Source: Thermomicrobiales bacterium (GTDB lineage Bacteria > Chloroflexota > Chloroflexia > Thermomicrobiales > UBA6265). Taken from it: a stretch of DNA of 64,000 nt. The stretch is from assembly GCA_035708745.1 (NCBI GenBank), contig DASTFJ010000169.1, forward strand, positions 4,534 through 68,533, read 5' to 3'. The position numbers and the translations under genes are program-made. Below, in pieces: positions 18,328-26,979 of this stretch; position 1 is the stretch's first letter; each line of letters begins with the position of its first letter. Under the pieces are notes generated by a model that was given only the letters and a program-made list of their open reading frames with translations, had not been told where the DNA came from and searched no databases.

Positions 18328-18550
18328 CGAGTAAGGCTCCCCCAGCCGGTGGCGATACAAGCGTCGGTGTGCGTCGCGATCTCGAGACGAGTCGTGGAAG
18401 GATGGGATCTCCGGCGCATCGCGGACCCCAAAGCTGCCAGTCTGGACATGTCCGCTGGGCTAGCATACCACTCCGAGCGGGCAGATGTACGTACGGGTAA
18501 AGCGAATATGCGCCGGCAACCCGGGGTATCGAATGGGCGCGAACGTACGT

Positions 18551-19339
18551 TTAATCCGGCTTGTGCGCCTTGAGCATCACTTCGACGATTCGGTCGATAT
18601 CGTCGGTCACGATCAGACGGTCCAGATCGCCCGGCGCGATCAGCCGGCTGCCCAACACATCCTGGTCGATCCAGTCGATCAGCGGTTCCCAGAACGTTTG
18701 TCCATACAGGATCACCGGGAAATTGTCGAGCTTGCCGGTTTGGATCAGCGTCAGCGCTTCGAAGAGCTCGTCGAGCGTGCCGAACCCGCCGGGAAAGATG
18801 ACGAATCCTTCCGCGTATTTGACGAACATGACCTTCCGCACGAAGAAATAGCGAAAGTTCAGCGGCAGATTGACAAAGCTGTTCAGCCCCTGTTCGTGCG
18901 GAAGCTGGATATTCAAACCGACCGAGCAGCCGCCCGCCTCGTAGGCGCCCTGATTGGCCGCTTCCATGATCCCGGGGCCGCCGCCGGTGATGACGGTGAA
19001 ACCGACTTCGGCGAGCTTGCGCCCGGTTTCGCGCGCCGCAGCGAAGTAGGGTGTTCCGCGGCCAATGCGAGCCGATCCGAAAATCGAGATTGCCGGCCCG
19101 AGCTCGGCCAGCGCATCGAACCCCTCGACGAACTCACCTTGCATGCGCATGATCCGCCAGGGATCCGTGTGCGTGAACGCTGCTGCCCGCTCGCGCTCCT
19201 CGGGGGACCAATCGAGCAGGATTTTGTCGTCGGTGGGACGTCCCTGATAGACCGATCGGTTGATGGTCGGGTTGGTGACCAGATGATCGCTGTCCACCCA
19301 TCCCAGTGCGGCGACTGCCGATTTTCGTTCACGAGACAT
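18551..19339 (-). CDS. LOG family / TIGR00730 Rossmann-fold protein (nucleotide 5'-monophosphate nucleosidase-like)
   Basis: Motifs ITGGGPGIMEAANQGA and FPGGFGTLDELFEALTLIQ. Confidence 0.9.
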   Translation of the reverse strand: MSRERKSAVAALGWVDSDHLVTNPTINRSVYQGRPTDDKILLDWSPEERERAAAFTHTDPWRIMRMQGEFVEGFDALAELGPAISIFGSARIGRGTPYFAAARETGRKLAEVGFTVITGGGPGIMEAANQGAYEAGGCSVGLNIQLPHEQGLNSFVNLPLNFRYFFVRKVMFVKYAEGFVIFPGGFGTLDELFEALTLIQTGKLDNFPVILYGQTFWEPLIDWIDQDVLGSRLIAPGDLDRLIVTDDIDRIVEVMLKAHKPD

Positions 19340-19460
19340 CTGCGCCCTCCGGCATGCAGGTCGGTGGATCGGTAGACTTTGGCGGATCCATTGTGGCAGC
19401 CGTCGAGCGGTTCGCCATGGAAATCAAACACCGAATCGTCACATTGCACAGGGAGCCAGC

Positions 19461-19979
19461 GTGCCCAGATCGATCTCTTTCGCGTTCTTGCGTCGCTGGG
19501 TTCCCATTGCACTTGCGCTCATTGTGGCATGCGGGCTGCTGGCAGCATGCGGCTCCGGCAAGAAGGATGCGTCTGGCGTAACCGACACGGCCGCCCCGAC
19601 CGAAACGCCGGAAATCGCCCCGACGGCGCTCTCTGGGTCACCACGTATCGGTGAGGCAATCTGGGCCACGTCCATCGACCCAGAAACGGCGGCGCCGATC
19701 GTCGCGGCCACACCGGTCGTTGGGGATACCACCATTTATGCGGTATTCCCAATCCTCTCCCTCCCGGCCGGTTCGCAGCTCGTTGCGAGCTGGTACTTCA
19801 ATGACACCACACTCGACACCCTCGATTCGGCGATGCGCATCGATCGCGACCGCGTCTCGGGATGGGTCGAATTCCACATCGAACGCACCGGTTCTGAGCC
19901 TTGGCCGGACGGTGCGTACGAGATCGTTGTGACCGATGGGACAAACGAGCTCCAGCGGGCGAATATAACGATTTCTTAG
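19461..19979 (+). CDS. Putative lipoprotein, function unknown
   Basis: GTG start with GGGAG upstream. Signal peptide with lipobox LLAACG (MPRSISFAFLRRWVPIALALIVACGLLAACGSGKK). Confidence 0.6.
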   Translation: MPRSISFAFLRRWVPIALALIVACGLLAACGSGKKDASGVTDTAAPTETPEIAPTALSGSPRIGEAIWATSIDPETAAPIVAATPVVGDTTIYAVFPILSLPAGSQLVASWYFNDTTLDTLDSAMRIDRDRVSGWVEFHIERTGSEPWPDGAYEIVVTDGTNELQRANITIS

Positions 19980-20025
19980 TGTAGGAGCGGCAAAAATCGA
20001 AGCAACAACGCCTTGAAACCTTGGA

Positions 20026-20559
20026 TTGCGGGATGGTACGCTCCACCGTGCGCGCGTCGCTCGAGTACCGTATTCGACCCAGTTTGGTTTCTTCGAATCT
20101 GCTCTGGACCGGCTCGTATCGACGCCACGGGAAGGGCGTTTCCAGACTTCGCGCACATCCCTTCCAATCGAACGGGGGAACCGCTCTGTGGACGACCACG
20201 GCAAACGCGACCTGCGAGCCCGACCGGGCAGCGATTGCAGCGCTGCCGAGTGCATCGAGCCTGTGCAGCCAACAAAGGAGCTTTCCACTCCCGAGGCGAC
20301 ACCGCCGCTCACCTTACGTCCGTTCGTCTGGCAGCGTGGGCGCCGGCTTCTACTCCTCGAGCGGGAGATGGGCACCTGGGTGCTGGCTGAGCTGGAGTTC
20401 GAACCAGACATCTGCCGCTACACCGAGCTGCGCCGGGCGTTCTATCGCTGGGAGCGGGAAGCGATTGGCGCCCTGCTCAGCCGCACGATCGCGTACGGCG
20501 ACCAGGCGGCTGCCGAATCAGCCGACCTGCTCGACACCTGGATGCGGCGCCGGCGCTGA
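20026..20559 (+). CDS. Hypothetical protein; start uncertain, only the C-terminal ~80 aa look protein-like
   Basis: Three overlapping plus-strand ORFs occupy 20013-20581. This frame has the most protein-like C-terminus (EREMGTWVLAELEFEPDICRYTELRRAFYRWEREAIGALLSRTIAYGDQ...) and is followed by a good terminator. The 5' two-thirds have weak codon bias. Confidence 0.3.
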   Translation: MRDGTLHRARVARVPYSTQFGFFESALDRLVSTPREGRFQTSRTSLPIERGNRSVDDHGKRDLRARPGSDCSAAECIEPVQPTKELSTPEATPPLTLRPFVWQRGRRLLLLEREMGTWVLAELEFEPDICRYTELRRAFYRWEREAIGALLSRTIAYGDQAAAESADLLDTWMRRRR

Positions 20560-20603
20560 GTCTGCCGGGCCCGACGCATGATAATCGAGACTGCTATGTA
20601 TTC

Positions 20604-20636
20604 GAAGCTCGGCACTTCCCGAGCTTTTCACTTTTC
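20604..20636 (+). terminator. Rho-independent terminator
   Basis: Stem AAGCTCGG (20605-20612) / CCGAGCTT (20619-20626), loop CACTTC, followed by TTCACTTTT. Confidence 0.6.
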
Positions 20637-20739
20637 GTGGTTCCTGCGGTGAAACCTCCGCTAGACGGGCTGACACAGAGGCCCTTTGCTACGACCGCGA
20701 TGGCTTTTCACGCGGCGATAGCACTGGCAATCAGCACAT

Positions 20740-21270
20740 TTACTCGGAGAGGTGGAACGCCTTCTCGCCGGCTCGAATTTCGACAGGTAGTTGGTTCGCT
20801 TCCGGCGGCAAGGGACACGACCATCCGTCACCATAGGCGCAATACGGGTTATAGGCGTAGTTGAAATCGACCGTAAGCTTGCCGTTCGGCTTCTCCTGCG
20901 GGTCGATGTAGCGGCCGCCCGTGTAGGTTTCCAGCCCGTTGGTCGTGTCGGCGAACGGCAGGAAGTAGCGGCCCCGGTCGTAATCCTTCAGCAACGTCAG
21001 CTCATATTCCCCGTTGCCGACAAGAAACGTTACTTTGCCGGCAATCTGAAAGTCGACCTGCTGGTCGTCGCTCGTATCGAGGTTCAGTGGCTGGCCCTGG
21101 TTCTCGGTGGCGTCGATTTCGAGCTCGAACTGCAGGGCGGGGTCGTAGTCGAAATAGGCCAGGCCATCGAAATGGTGCTGTTGCTCGTGATCGAGTGGCG
21201 AGTGCGCGCCGGACGCGAAGTATTCGTCCTTGTGTTTGCGGAAATCGTCGAGTCGCTTGTTGGCCGTCAT
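20740..21270 (-). CDS. DUF1684 domain protein
   Basis: 176 aa from ATG 21270 (MTANKRLDDFRKHKDEYF...). Characteristic C-terminus: GGRYIDPQ...VDFNYAYNPYCAYGDGWSCPLPP. The ORF-track 380-aa form reads through the upstream intergenic region. Confidence 0.8.
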   Translation of the reverse strand: MTANKRLDDFRKHKDEYFASGAHSPLDHEQQHHFDGLAYFDYDPALQFELEIDATENQGQPLNLDTSDDQQVDFQIAGKVTFLVGNGEYELTLLKDYDRGRYFLPFADTTNGLETYTGGRYIDPQEKPNGKLTVDFNYAYNPYCAYGDGWSCPLPPEANQLPVEIRAGEKAFHLSE

Positions 21271-21370
21271 TCTGTCGTCCCCAGACGTATCCACGGGTCT
21301 TTCCAAAAGTGTAGGGGCTGCGCGCGACCGTTGCCGGTGGTTCTGTGAGGCCAAGCAGGGCTCGTTCACG

Positions 21371-21402
21371 GGTAAGGACAATCCCCTGTGGTTGTCCTTA
21401 CC
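21371..21402. other. Perfect 11-bp stem hairpin within a 380-bp structured intergenic region
   Basis: GGTAAGGACAA (21371-21381), loop TCCCCTGTGG, TTGTCCTTACC (21392-21402). No U-tract on either strand. Further hairpins lie at about 21435-21458, 21469-21487, 21493-21512 and 21522-21539. Confidence 0.5.
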
Positions 21403-21652
21403 GCACCGAACGTATCTCTTGGTGGGGAACGTTCGCTCTTCGCTTTTCAGTGAAGAGAGCCGCCAACCTGGAACGACGGTGTCCAGACCGAGGGCAACCA
21501 AAGGGGGTTGCCGTCTACCGAAGGGAGAGCCGTTCTCTCGACACACCCCAGACTCATGGCCTCCAATCCACTGATTGCTCCGGCTTCTTGCGGATGCTAG
21601 GCTAGCCGCGCATGCGTATGGGGTGGAATCGCTCCTGCAGGGAGAGCGCGGA

Positions 21653-22474
21653 ATGTCCCAGTCTTCGGTGCCAATTGGAGTGTTCGATTCAGGGCTTGGC
21701 GGTCTGAGCGTTCTGCGCGCATTGCGGGCGCAGATGCCGGACGAGTCGTTCGTGTATCTGGCCGATTCCGCATTTTGCCCATATGGCGACAAAGACGATC
21801 TAACGATCGAATCCCGGGTGCATGAGCTCGTCGGCGCGTTGGCCGATCGGGGCAGCAAAGCCATCGTGATTGCCTGCAACACAGCCTGCGCCGTGGCGCT
21901 TGGCTCATTGCGTGCGAGCTATTCCTTGCCGATCGTCGGACTCGAACCGGCGGTCAAGCCCGCCATTCTGCGCTCGAAGCACCGGCGGGTGGCCGTGCTG
22001 GCAACACCGCGCACCGCGCGCGGTGAAAAGCTTCGCCGGTTGATCGAAACGTACGCGGACGGTGTGGTCGTCGAGACGATTCCTGCGCCCGGCCTGGTCG
22101 ATCTGATCGAAGCCGGGCACGTGCAGAGTCGTGAAACCCGATATCTCCTCAGCCAACTGCTCGAGGGACCGCTGGCCCGCGGATGCGACGCGGTCGTGCT
22201 GGGTTGCACGCACTATCCGTTTCTGGCCGGGGTGATTGCCGAGATCGCCGGACCGAGTGTCGCCATTCTCTCCAGCGGCAAGCCGGTTGCGCGCCAAACC
22301 GAGCGCGTGCTGGAGCGCGACGGATTACGCGCCCACTCGGCAAGGGCCGGCGATTGCACTTATCTCACCACCGGCGACGCGCTCATCTTCGAAGCGATGG
22401 CGTCCCGTCTCCTTGGAACCGCGGTCCGAGCGCAGTTCCTGGCACTGAACAACACCTTGGCGATCTCTTCGTGA
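21653..22474 (+). CDS. murI: Glutamate racemase
   Basis: IGVFDSGLGGLSV plus the two catalytic Cys motifs IACNTA and LGCTHYP. Start at ATG 21653 with GGAGAG upstream. Confidence 0.9.
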   Translation: MSQSSVPIGVFDSGLGGLSVLRALRAQMPDESFVYLADSAFCPYGDKDDLTIESRVHELVGALADRGSKAIVIACNTACAVALGSLRASYSLPIVGLEPAVKPAILRSKHRRVAVLATPRTARGEKLRRLIETYADGVVVETIPAPGLVDLIEAGHVQSRETRYLLSQLLEGPLARGCDAVVLGCTHYPFLAGVIAEIAGPSVAILSSGKPVARQTERVLERDGLRAHSARAGDCTYLTTGDALIFEAMASRLLGTAVRAQFLALNNTLAISS

Positions 22475-22479
22475 ACGTT

Positions 22480-22512
22480 GGTGTCGTGCAGGCACGGCGC
22501 GGATTCCGTGCC
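22480..22512. repeat. Family A repeat copy (GGTGTCGTGCAGG) abutting a 7-bp GC hairpin
   Basis: GGTGTCGTGCAGG at 22480-22492 matches 58011-58023. An overlapping hairpin is GGCACGG (22491-22497) / CCGTGCC (22506-22512). It sits in the convergent gap between murI and the DUF362 gene and may act as a U-tract-less terminator. Confidence 0.4.
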
Positions 22513-22544
22513 CCACGCTCAGGGGGCCGGGTTATAGCCGCCGG

Positions 22545-23624
22545 TCACGGATTGAAATTCACGGCGGCGTGGACGGCTTCCTTCTCGGGTTGGTTGTAGT
22601 CGATTGGCTCGTAGGTCGAATAGGTCAACGTTTCGGAGAGCGTCACCCGGAACGGTGGATCCGCGACCAGACCAGCAATGCCGGCTCGTTCCACCAGTGC
22701 CCCGTCGACGACCTCCAGCACGCGGATATCCTCGACGCGGTTCGGTCCCATGCCGCGCTCACCGGCGACCCGGAGATAGGTGATATCGGCCGGGTCGATG
22801 CCCATCAGCGCGGTGCCGATCGTATCCAGCGCGGTCTGATTCGTGCTTGCCAGCGCCATCCCCATGGGACGGTCGTTGCCGTTGCGAAACCCGGTACCAT
22901 CGCGCGGCACCAGCGCATCGACGATGTTCAGATCGGGTGTGCGCGCCAGCGAAATATCGCAAATCTTGTGCGCCCAGCGTTCGTGTGAATCGATGACCGA
23001 GCTTTCCAAGCCGTTCCCGCCGCGGTCGCCATCGAACCGGGGGAACATGGTGCACATGTGCCGCTCCTCGAGCGGCACCACGATCCCCTGGAGATTCTTG
23101 ATGCTGATGGTGGTGACCGCGAGGTTGTGGGTGCGCATCTTCGGGATATTGATGAAATACGCGTCCGGATCCCACACGGTCTTGCCGATGGGCATTTGGT
23201 CGAAAACGACGCCGTCCGGAATGTCGACTCGCACGAAGTCGTCCGCGTTCAGATCGACCAGCTCGAATCCCAGCTCGTCACGCAGGACGTCGTAGCCGAC
23301 ATTGGCGTAGTGCACGCGCATATCGCGGCTCTCTTCGCCACCGCCGCCCTCGGCCACGGAGATCGCGCCCGGGGCGAACCCGCTCGCGACCAGGTATTCG
23401 ACGATGCCCCGCAGAAAGGCTGGGTGCACGGTGATGCCGGAGTCGGGAGAAACGCCGTGCACCACATTGGGTTTCAGCGTCACTTTGGGTTTGTCGATCT
23501 CGGGCCGCAACAAATCGAGCAGGGTGCGCGACGCGGTCGTGAATGCTGCGTCCGGATAGGGATAGGCGCCGGGCGAGCGGTAGAGAATGACGGTATCGGG
23601 ACGGTTCCAGTCGTGAGTCGGCAT
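22545..23624 (-). CDS. DUF362 domain protein
   Basis: 359 aa. DUF362-type core: KVTLKPNVVHGVSPDSGITVHPAFLRGIVEYLVASGF..ISVAEGGG. Confidence 0.75.
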   Translation of the reverse strand: MPTHDWNRPDTVILYRSPGAYPYPDAAFTTASRTLLDLLRPEIDKPKVTLKPNVVHGVSPDSGITVHPAFLRGIVEYLVASGFAPGAISVAEGGGGEESRDMRVHYANVGYDVLRDELGFELVDLNADDFVRVDIPDGVVFDQMPIGKTVWDPDAYFINIPKMRTHNLAVTTISIKNLQGIVVPLEERHMCTMFPRFDGDRGGNGLESSVIDSHERWAHKICDISLARTPDLNIVDALVPRDGTGFRNGNDRPMGMALASTNQTALDTIGTALMGIDPADITYLRVAGERGMGPNRVEDIRVLEVVDGALVERAGIAGLVADPPFRVTLSETLTYSTYEPIDYNQPEKEAVHAAVNFNP

Positions 23625-23638
23625 TGGAAATCCTCGGT

Positions 23639-24301
23639 TCAGAACTCGGGCGAAAAGACGGCGCGGCAGGGAGCGCCGCAGGAATCGACCAGTGGAATCG
23701 GCAGCACGGTCAAGCGGCCGCGAGGTGCCTTCGTGGCGCCGAGATTCACCAATGGCGCCAGGATCATGGCCCCGCTGCCGAAGAGCACCATATTGACGCC
23801 CTGACCCTCCGATCCGACCGGATCGTCGTAACAGGGCATGTCGCCGCCCAGAATCGACACGCCGCGCTCCACGATCCAGCGCATTGCCTCCAGGTCGAAA
23901 TGGGGCGATTGCATGACGAAGGTCTCGCTATTGTCCCGGTGCGCTTCCCAGCCGGTCTGCACCAAGAGCGCATCACCTGGATCGAGCTGGGTCACCGATG
24001 CGGCGAGATCGGCCACAGTGATGTGCTCGCGCGGCCCGCGCGGAATGCGGGCGATGGTCGCAGAGACGAAAAACCGCTCCAGCGGTATCCGATCGATCGA
24101 CGGCGCTCCCGGGATCAGGTGCTTGGCGGTTTCCAGATAGGTGCCGGCCAAGGTCGGCATGGCGAACCAGTCGGCTTCCCAGCCGCGCTCCTCGATCGTC
24201 GCCCAGCGGGAATGCTGGAAAGGCGGAATATCAGGCATCGACGGGGTGTAGCTCCACATACCGGGCTCGAGCGGCCCGGTCAGGTCGATGCGGGTGGACA
24301 T
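23639..24301 (-). CDS. Cyclase-family (kynurenine formamidase-like fold) protein with a degenerate metal-binding motif
   Basis: Start at ATG 24301 (MSTRIDLTGPLEPGMW...). Family-like layout (..IDRIPLERF..., ALLVQTGW, ..ILGGDMPCYDD). The canonical HxGTHxDxPxH is replaced by LAGTYLETAKH. Confidence 0.7.
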   Translation of the reverse strand: MSTRIDLTGPLEPGMWSYTPSMPDIPPFQHSRWATIEERGWEADWFAMPTLAGTYLETAKHLIPGAPSIDRIPLERFFVSATIARIPRGPREHITVADLAASVTQLDPGDALLVQTGWEAHRDNSETFVMQSPHFDLEAMRWIVERGVSILGGDMPCYDDPVGSEGQGVNMVLFGSGAMILAPLVNLGATKAPRGRLTVLPIPLVDSCGAPCRAVFSPEF

Positions 24302-24336
24302 CGTGGCGAAATTGGCCCCTTGCACGATGGGAACGA

Positions 24337-24621
24337 CTAGGCGAATTTGGAATCGCCGCCACCGCTGCCGCTGGTGGTGTCGGCAGGTTCGATGTCGTTC
24401 GCCAGCTCAGCCCCACGGGCGGTCAGCTGCATCTGCCCGGTGGTGGAGCCCGGCACCGGCTCGACCAGCTTTTGCTGCAGCAGTTTGGTGTGAGCAGCTT
24501 CGAGACGGGTTTTCCCTTCGCTTGGCAGCAGGGCCACCAGCTCCGAAAGGGTGGCGCGGTCGTTGCGTTGCAGCGCCGTGATCATCGTTCGTTCGACGTT
24601 GTCGAGCGCGTTGTGGGGCAT
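24337..24621 (-). CDS. Small (94-aa) hypothetical protein, possibly winged-helix-like
   Basis: ATG 24621 has a strong AAGGAGG 7 nt upstream. Sequence MPHNALDNVERTMITALQRNDRATLSELVALLP...KLLQQKLVEPVPG... with a Gly/Ser acidic tail. The fold assignment is a guess. Confidence 0.5.
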   Translation of the reverse strand: MPHNALDNVERTMITALQRNDRATLSELVALLPSEGKTRLEAAHTKLLQQKLVEPVPGSTTGQMQLTARGAELANDIEPADTTSGSGGGDSKFA

Positions 24622-24638
24622 TGGGAACCTCCTTATGG

Positions 24639-25916
24639 CTACCAATAGATCATAGCGTCCCGGAAAAGCGCGGCGAGATCGTCTTCCGATGCCGGCCGGG
24701 GTGAGAGCTTGGTAACGCGGTGCTGGGGCACGGTGCCTTTGACGAGCTGCGGGATATCCGACTCGGTGAATTCGATTGCCGACAAGCCATTCGGCATGCC
24801 GGTGCGGCGCATGATGTCGATCAGCCGGTTGGCGAGCACCTCGCCGGCATCGTCCGGCCCAGCTCCGGTGATATCGGCGCCAAGCAGGCGCGCTGCTTCC
24901 AGATGCCTGGCGGGATCGGCTTGCGCGGTGAAGCGGAAGACCGCGGGCGCATTCAGGATGACCGAAATCCCGTGCGGCACGATCGGATGATCGTCGGGAT
25001 ACCCCTCAGGAATATACGAGCGCACCATGCCGGAGATGGGGTAGGACATGCCGTGCGGTAGGTGCACGCCCGAATTGCCGAATCCAATGCCGGCATACGC
25101 GGCGGCGAGCATCATCTGCCCGCGCGCTTCGAGATTCTCTGGCTCGAAGACGACTTGCTCGAGATTTGCCGCGACCATTTCCATCGCCCTGGTCGTCCAG
25201 ATATCGCTGATCGGGTTGGCGCCCTGATAGGCCGGGCGCAAACCCGGCCGCTCCGGGGCGGGGCGGCTATCGAACGGGATAGCGGTATAGGACTCGATGG
25301 CATGACTGAGCACATCGAGCGCCGAGCTGGCGCTGACCATCGGCGGCATCGAAACGGTGTTGAGCGGATCGAGAATGCCCAGCGCCGGCCGCAAAGCCCG
25401 ATGGGCGATACCGGTTTTCACGTGCATCGACGTCAGATCGAAGATCGCCGTGCCTGTGGTCTCGCTGCCGGTTCCTGCTGTTGTCGGAATCGCGATGAGC
25501 GGTTTGAGCTTGCCGGGTACCGGCTTGCCCTCGCCGATCGGCGCATTGACATAGGTGAGGAAATCGGCCGGCCAGGTGGAATAGAGGTTGGCGCCCTTGG
25601 CGGTGTCCATTACGGAACCGCCACCGATAGCGACGAAGGCGTCGAAGCCGCCGTCGTTCGCGAAGTCGATCGCTTTCTTGAATGAGACGTCGGTTGGCTC
25701 GACGCGCACGTCGCTGAAGAGCGCATAGTCGACGCCGGCGCTCTTTAGTGCATTCTTCGCCGTAGTCACCGCGTCGTGGTATTGCAGGTAGGGATCGGTC
25801 ACCACCATGACCCGGGTCGCGCCGAGACCTTTGGCATCCTCGCCGACTTCGCGGGTGACCCCCGGCCCGTACTTGATTGCCGAGGTGTCCATGGTGAATG
25901 CGGATTCGAACGACAT
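24639..25916 (-). CDS. Iron-containing alcohol dehydrogenase (hydroxyacid-oxoacid transhydrogenase-like)
   Basis: Fe-ADH motifs AIGGGSVMDTAK and PHGMSYPISG. 425 aa. Confidence 0.9.
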   Translation of the reverse strand: MSFESAFTMDTSAIKYGPGVTREVGEDAKGLGATRVMVVTDPYLQYHDAVTTAKNALKSAGVDYALFSDVRVEPTDVSFKKAIDFANDGGFDAFVAIGGGSVMDTAKGANLYSTWPADFLTYVNAPIGEGKPVPGKLKPLIAIPTTAGTGSETTGTAIFDLTSMHVKTGIAHRALRPALGILDPLNTVSMPPMVSASSALDVLSHAIESYTAIPFDSRPAPERPGLRPAYQGANPISDIWTTRAMEMVAANLEQVVFEPENLEARGQMMLAAAYAGIGFGNSGVHLPHGMSYPISGMVRSYIPEGYPDDHPIVPHGISVILNAPAVFRFTAQADPARHLEAARLLGADITGAGPDDAGEVLANRLIDIMRRTGMPNGLSAIEFTESDIPQLVKGTVPQHRVTKLSPRPASEDDLAALFRDAMIYW

Positions 25917-26003
25917 TGAATCTCCTTGTCGCCAAATGAGTTCGCGAACCGATGGAAGTATCTCACCATCCCGCGGTCGTCAGGCTCATACGATCGAATG
26001 CCG

Positions 26004-26966
26004 TCAGGAGGTGGGCAACACGGTCAGGCGCGCATTCGCTGGGTCGAGGATCAACGAGATTGGATCGGTCAGCTCACCGACGAAGCGGCCGCTTGCGCCG
26101 GACCGGCGGAACGCCATGATGAAATTGCCAAGCCATGGATCAAGAATCGCGCGGGCTGCATAGTTGCTGCCGGCCTCATCCGCGAGCAGCAGCGGCCCCG
26201 GCGCGAGCTCGAATGGTCCGAATGGTGTGTCGGACAGCAGATAATGTGTGCCGATCCAGGTCGCCGGGTTTCCGTCCAGATTGGCGTGTTTGGCGGTGCA
26301 AAAGAGCATCGCCCATCGCTCGCCAAGTGGAAAGATCTGGGGCACCTCGATCTCGCCGAAGATGCCCGGCGCGGCAACAGGCGCCCCGGGTGTCCAGTGG
26401 ATGAGATCGTCCGAGGTTGCGATGCCCACGACGGCGTAGCGGTCGGGCGGTTCGCCCGCGGCCGAGGCGGTGTAGTACATCAGCCATTGGTTGTCGTATC
26501 GCAGGATCCAAGGATCGCGGCAATCCGAGCGGTTGCCGCCGTCATCTGCTGGTGCTTCGTACCAAGGCGATGCGGCCTGCATGATTGGATTTTCTGGGGC
26601 TTTGGTCCAGTGGGAAAGGTCGTCGGATACGGCCAGGCCGATCCGCTGGACATTGCCCGATTCGGGAGTCGAGCGACCGGTGTAGAAGAGATAGCTCTTG
26701 CTGTCATGGCGGGTGACCGAGCCGGTCCACTGGGTCCAATCGTCCCAGGCGCCGGGATCGCCGAGCGGCAGAATTAGCCCGAGATACGTCCAGTCGATCA
26801 GATTGGTCGAAATGGCGTGTCCGATGCGCGCCTGGTCATGCCGCATCTCGGGATCCGGCAATGCGCGCGGCGCTTGCAGGAAATAGCAATGAAATGGCTC
26901 GCTCGCGTCGAGACGCGGAGCGAGCCAGAAATCCCAAACGAAATTGTCGTCGAGATAGAGTGTCAT
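26004..26966 (-). CDS. Clan GH-J (GH32/GH68-like) five-bladed beta-propeller glycoside hydrolase, no signal peptide
   Basis: Putative nucleophile motif FVWDFW (compare GH68 VWD[ST]W), an RDP motif (DCRDPWILRY), and an acid/base-like GEIEVPQIF (compare GH32 WECPD). 320 aa, propeller only. Confidence 0.65.
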   Translation of the reverse strand: MTLYLDDNFVWDFWLAPRLDASEPFHCYFLQAPRALPDPEMRHDQARIGHAISTNLIDWTYLGLILPLGDPGAWDDWTQWTGSVTRHDSKSYLFYTGRSTPESGNVQRIGLAVSDDLSHWTKAPENPIMQAASPWYEAPADDGGNRSDCRDPWILRYDNQWLMYYTASAAGEPPDRYAVVGIATSDDLIHWTPGAPVAAPGIFGEIEVPQIFPLGERWAMLFCTAKHANLDGNPATWIGTHYLLSDTPFGPFELAPGPLLLADEAGSNYAARAILDPWLGNFIMAFRRSGASGRFVGELTDPISLILDPANARLTVLPTS

Positions 26967-26979
26967 GCCAACCGGTGAG

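Noticed and set aside
20394-20406. GGAGTTCGAACCA resembling a tRNA T-arm
   Set aside because: No acceptor, D or anticodon stems can be built around it, and it lies inside a coding frame. No tRNA, rRNA, tmRNA, RNase P or SRP RNA signature was recognised anywhere in the window.
21430-21540. Assignment of the murI-upstream structured region to a known riboswitch (glycine: CCGAAGG..GAGAG; SAM-I: GGCAACC)
   Set aside because: Only isolated short matches are present. The other conserved segments of those classes are absent and the downstream gene context does not fit. It is kept only as an unclassified structured region.
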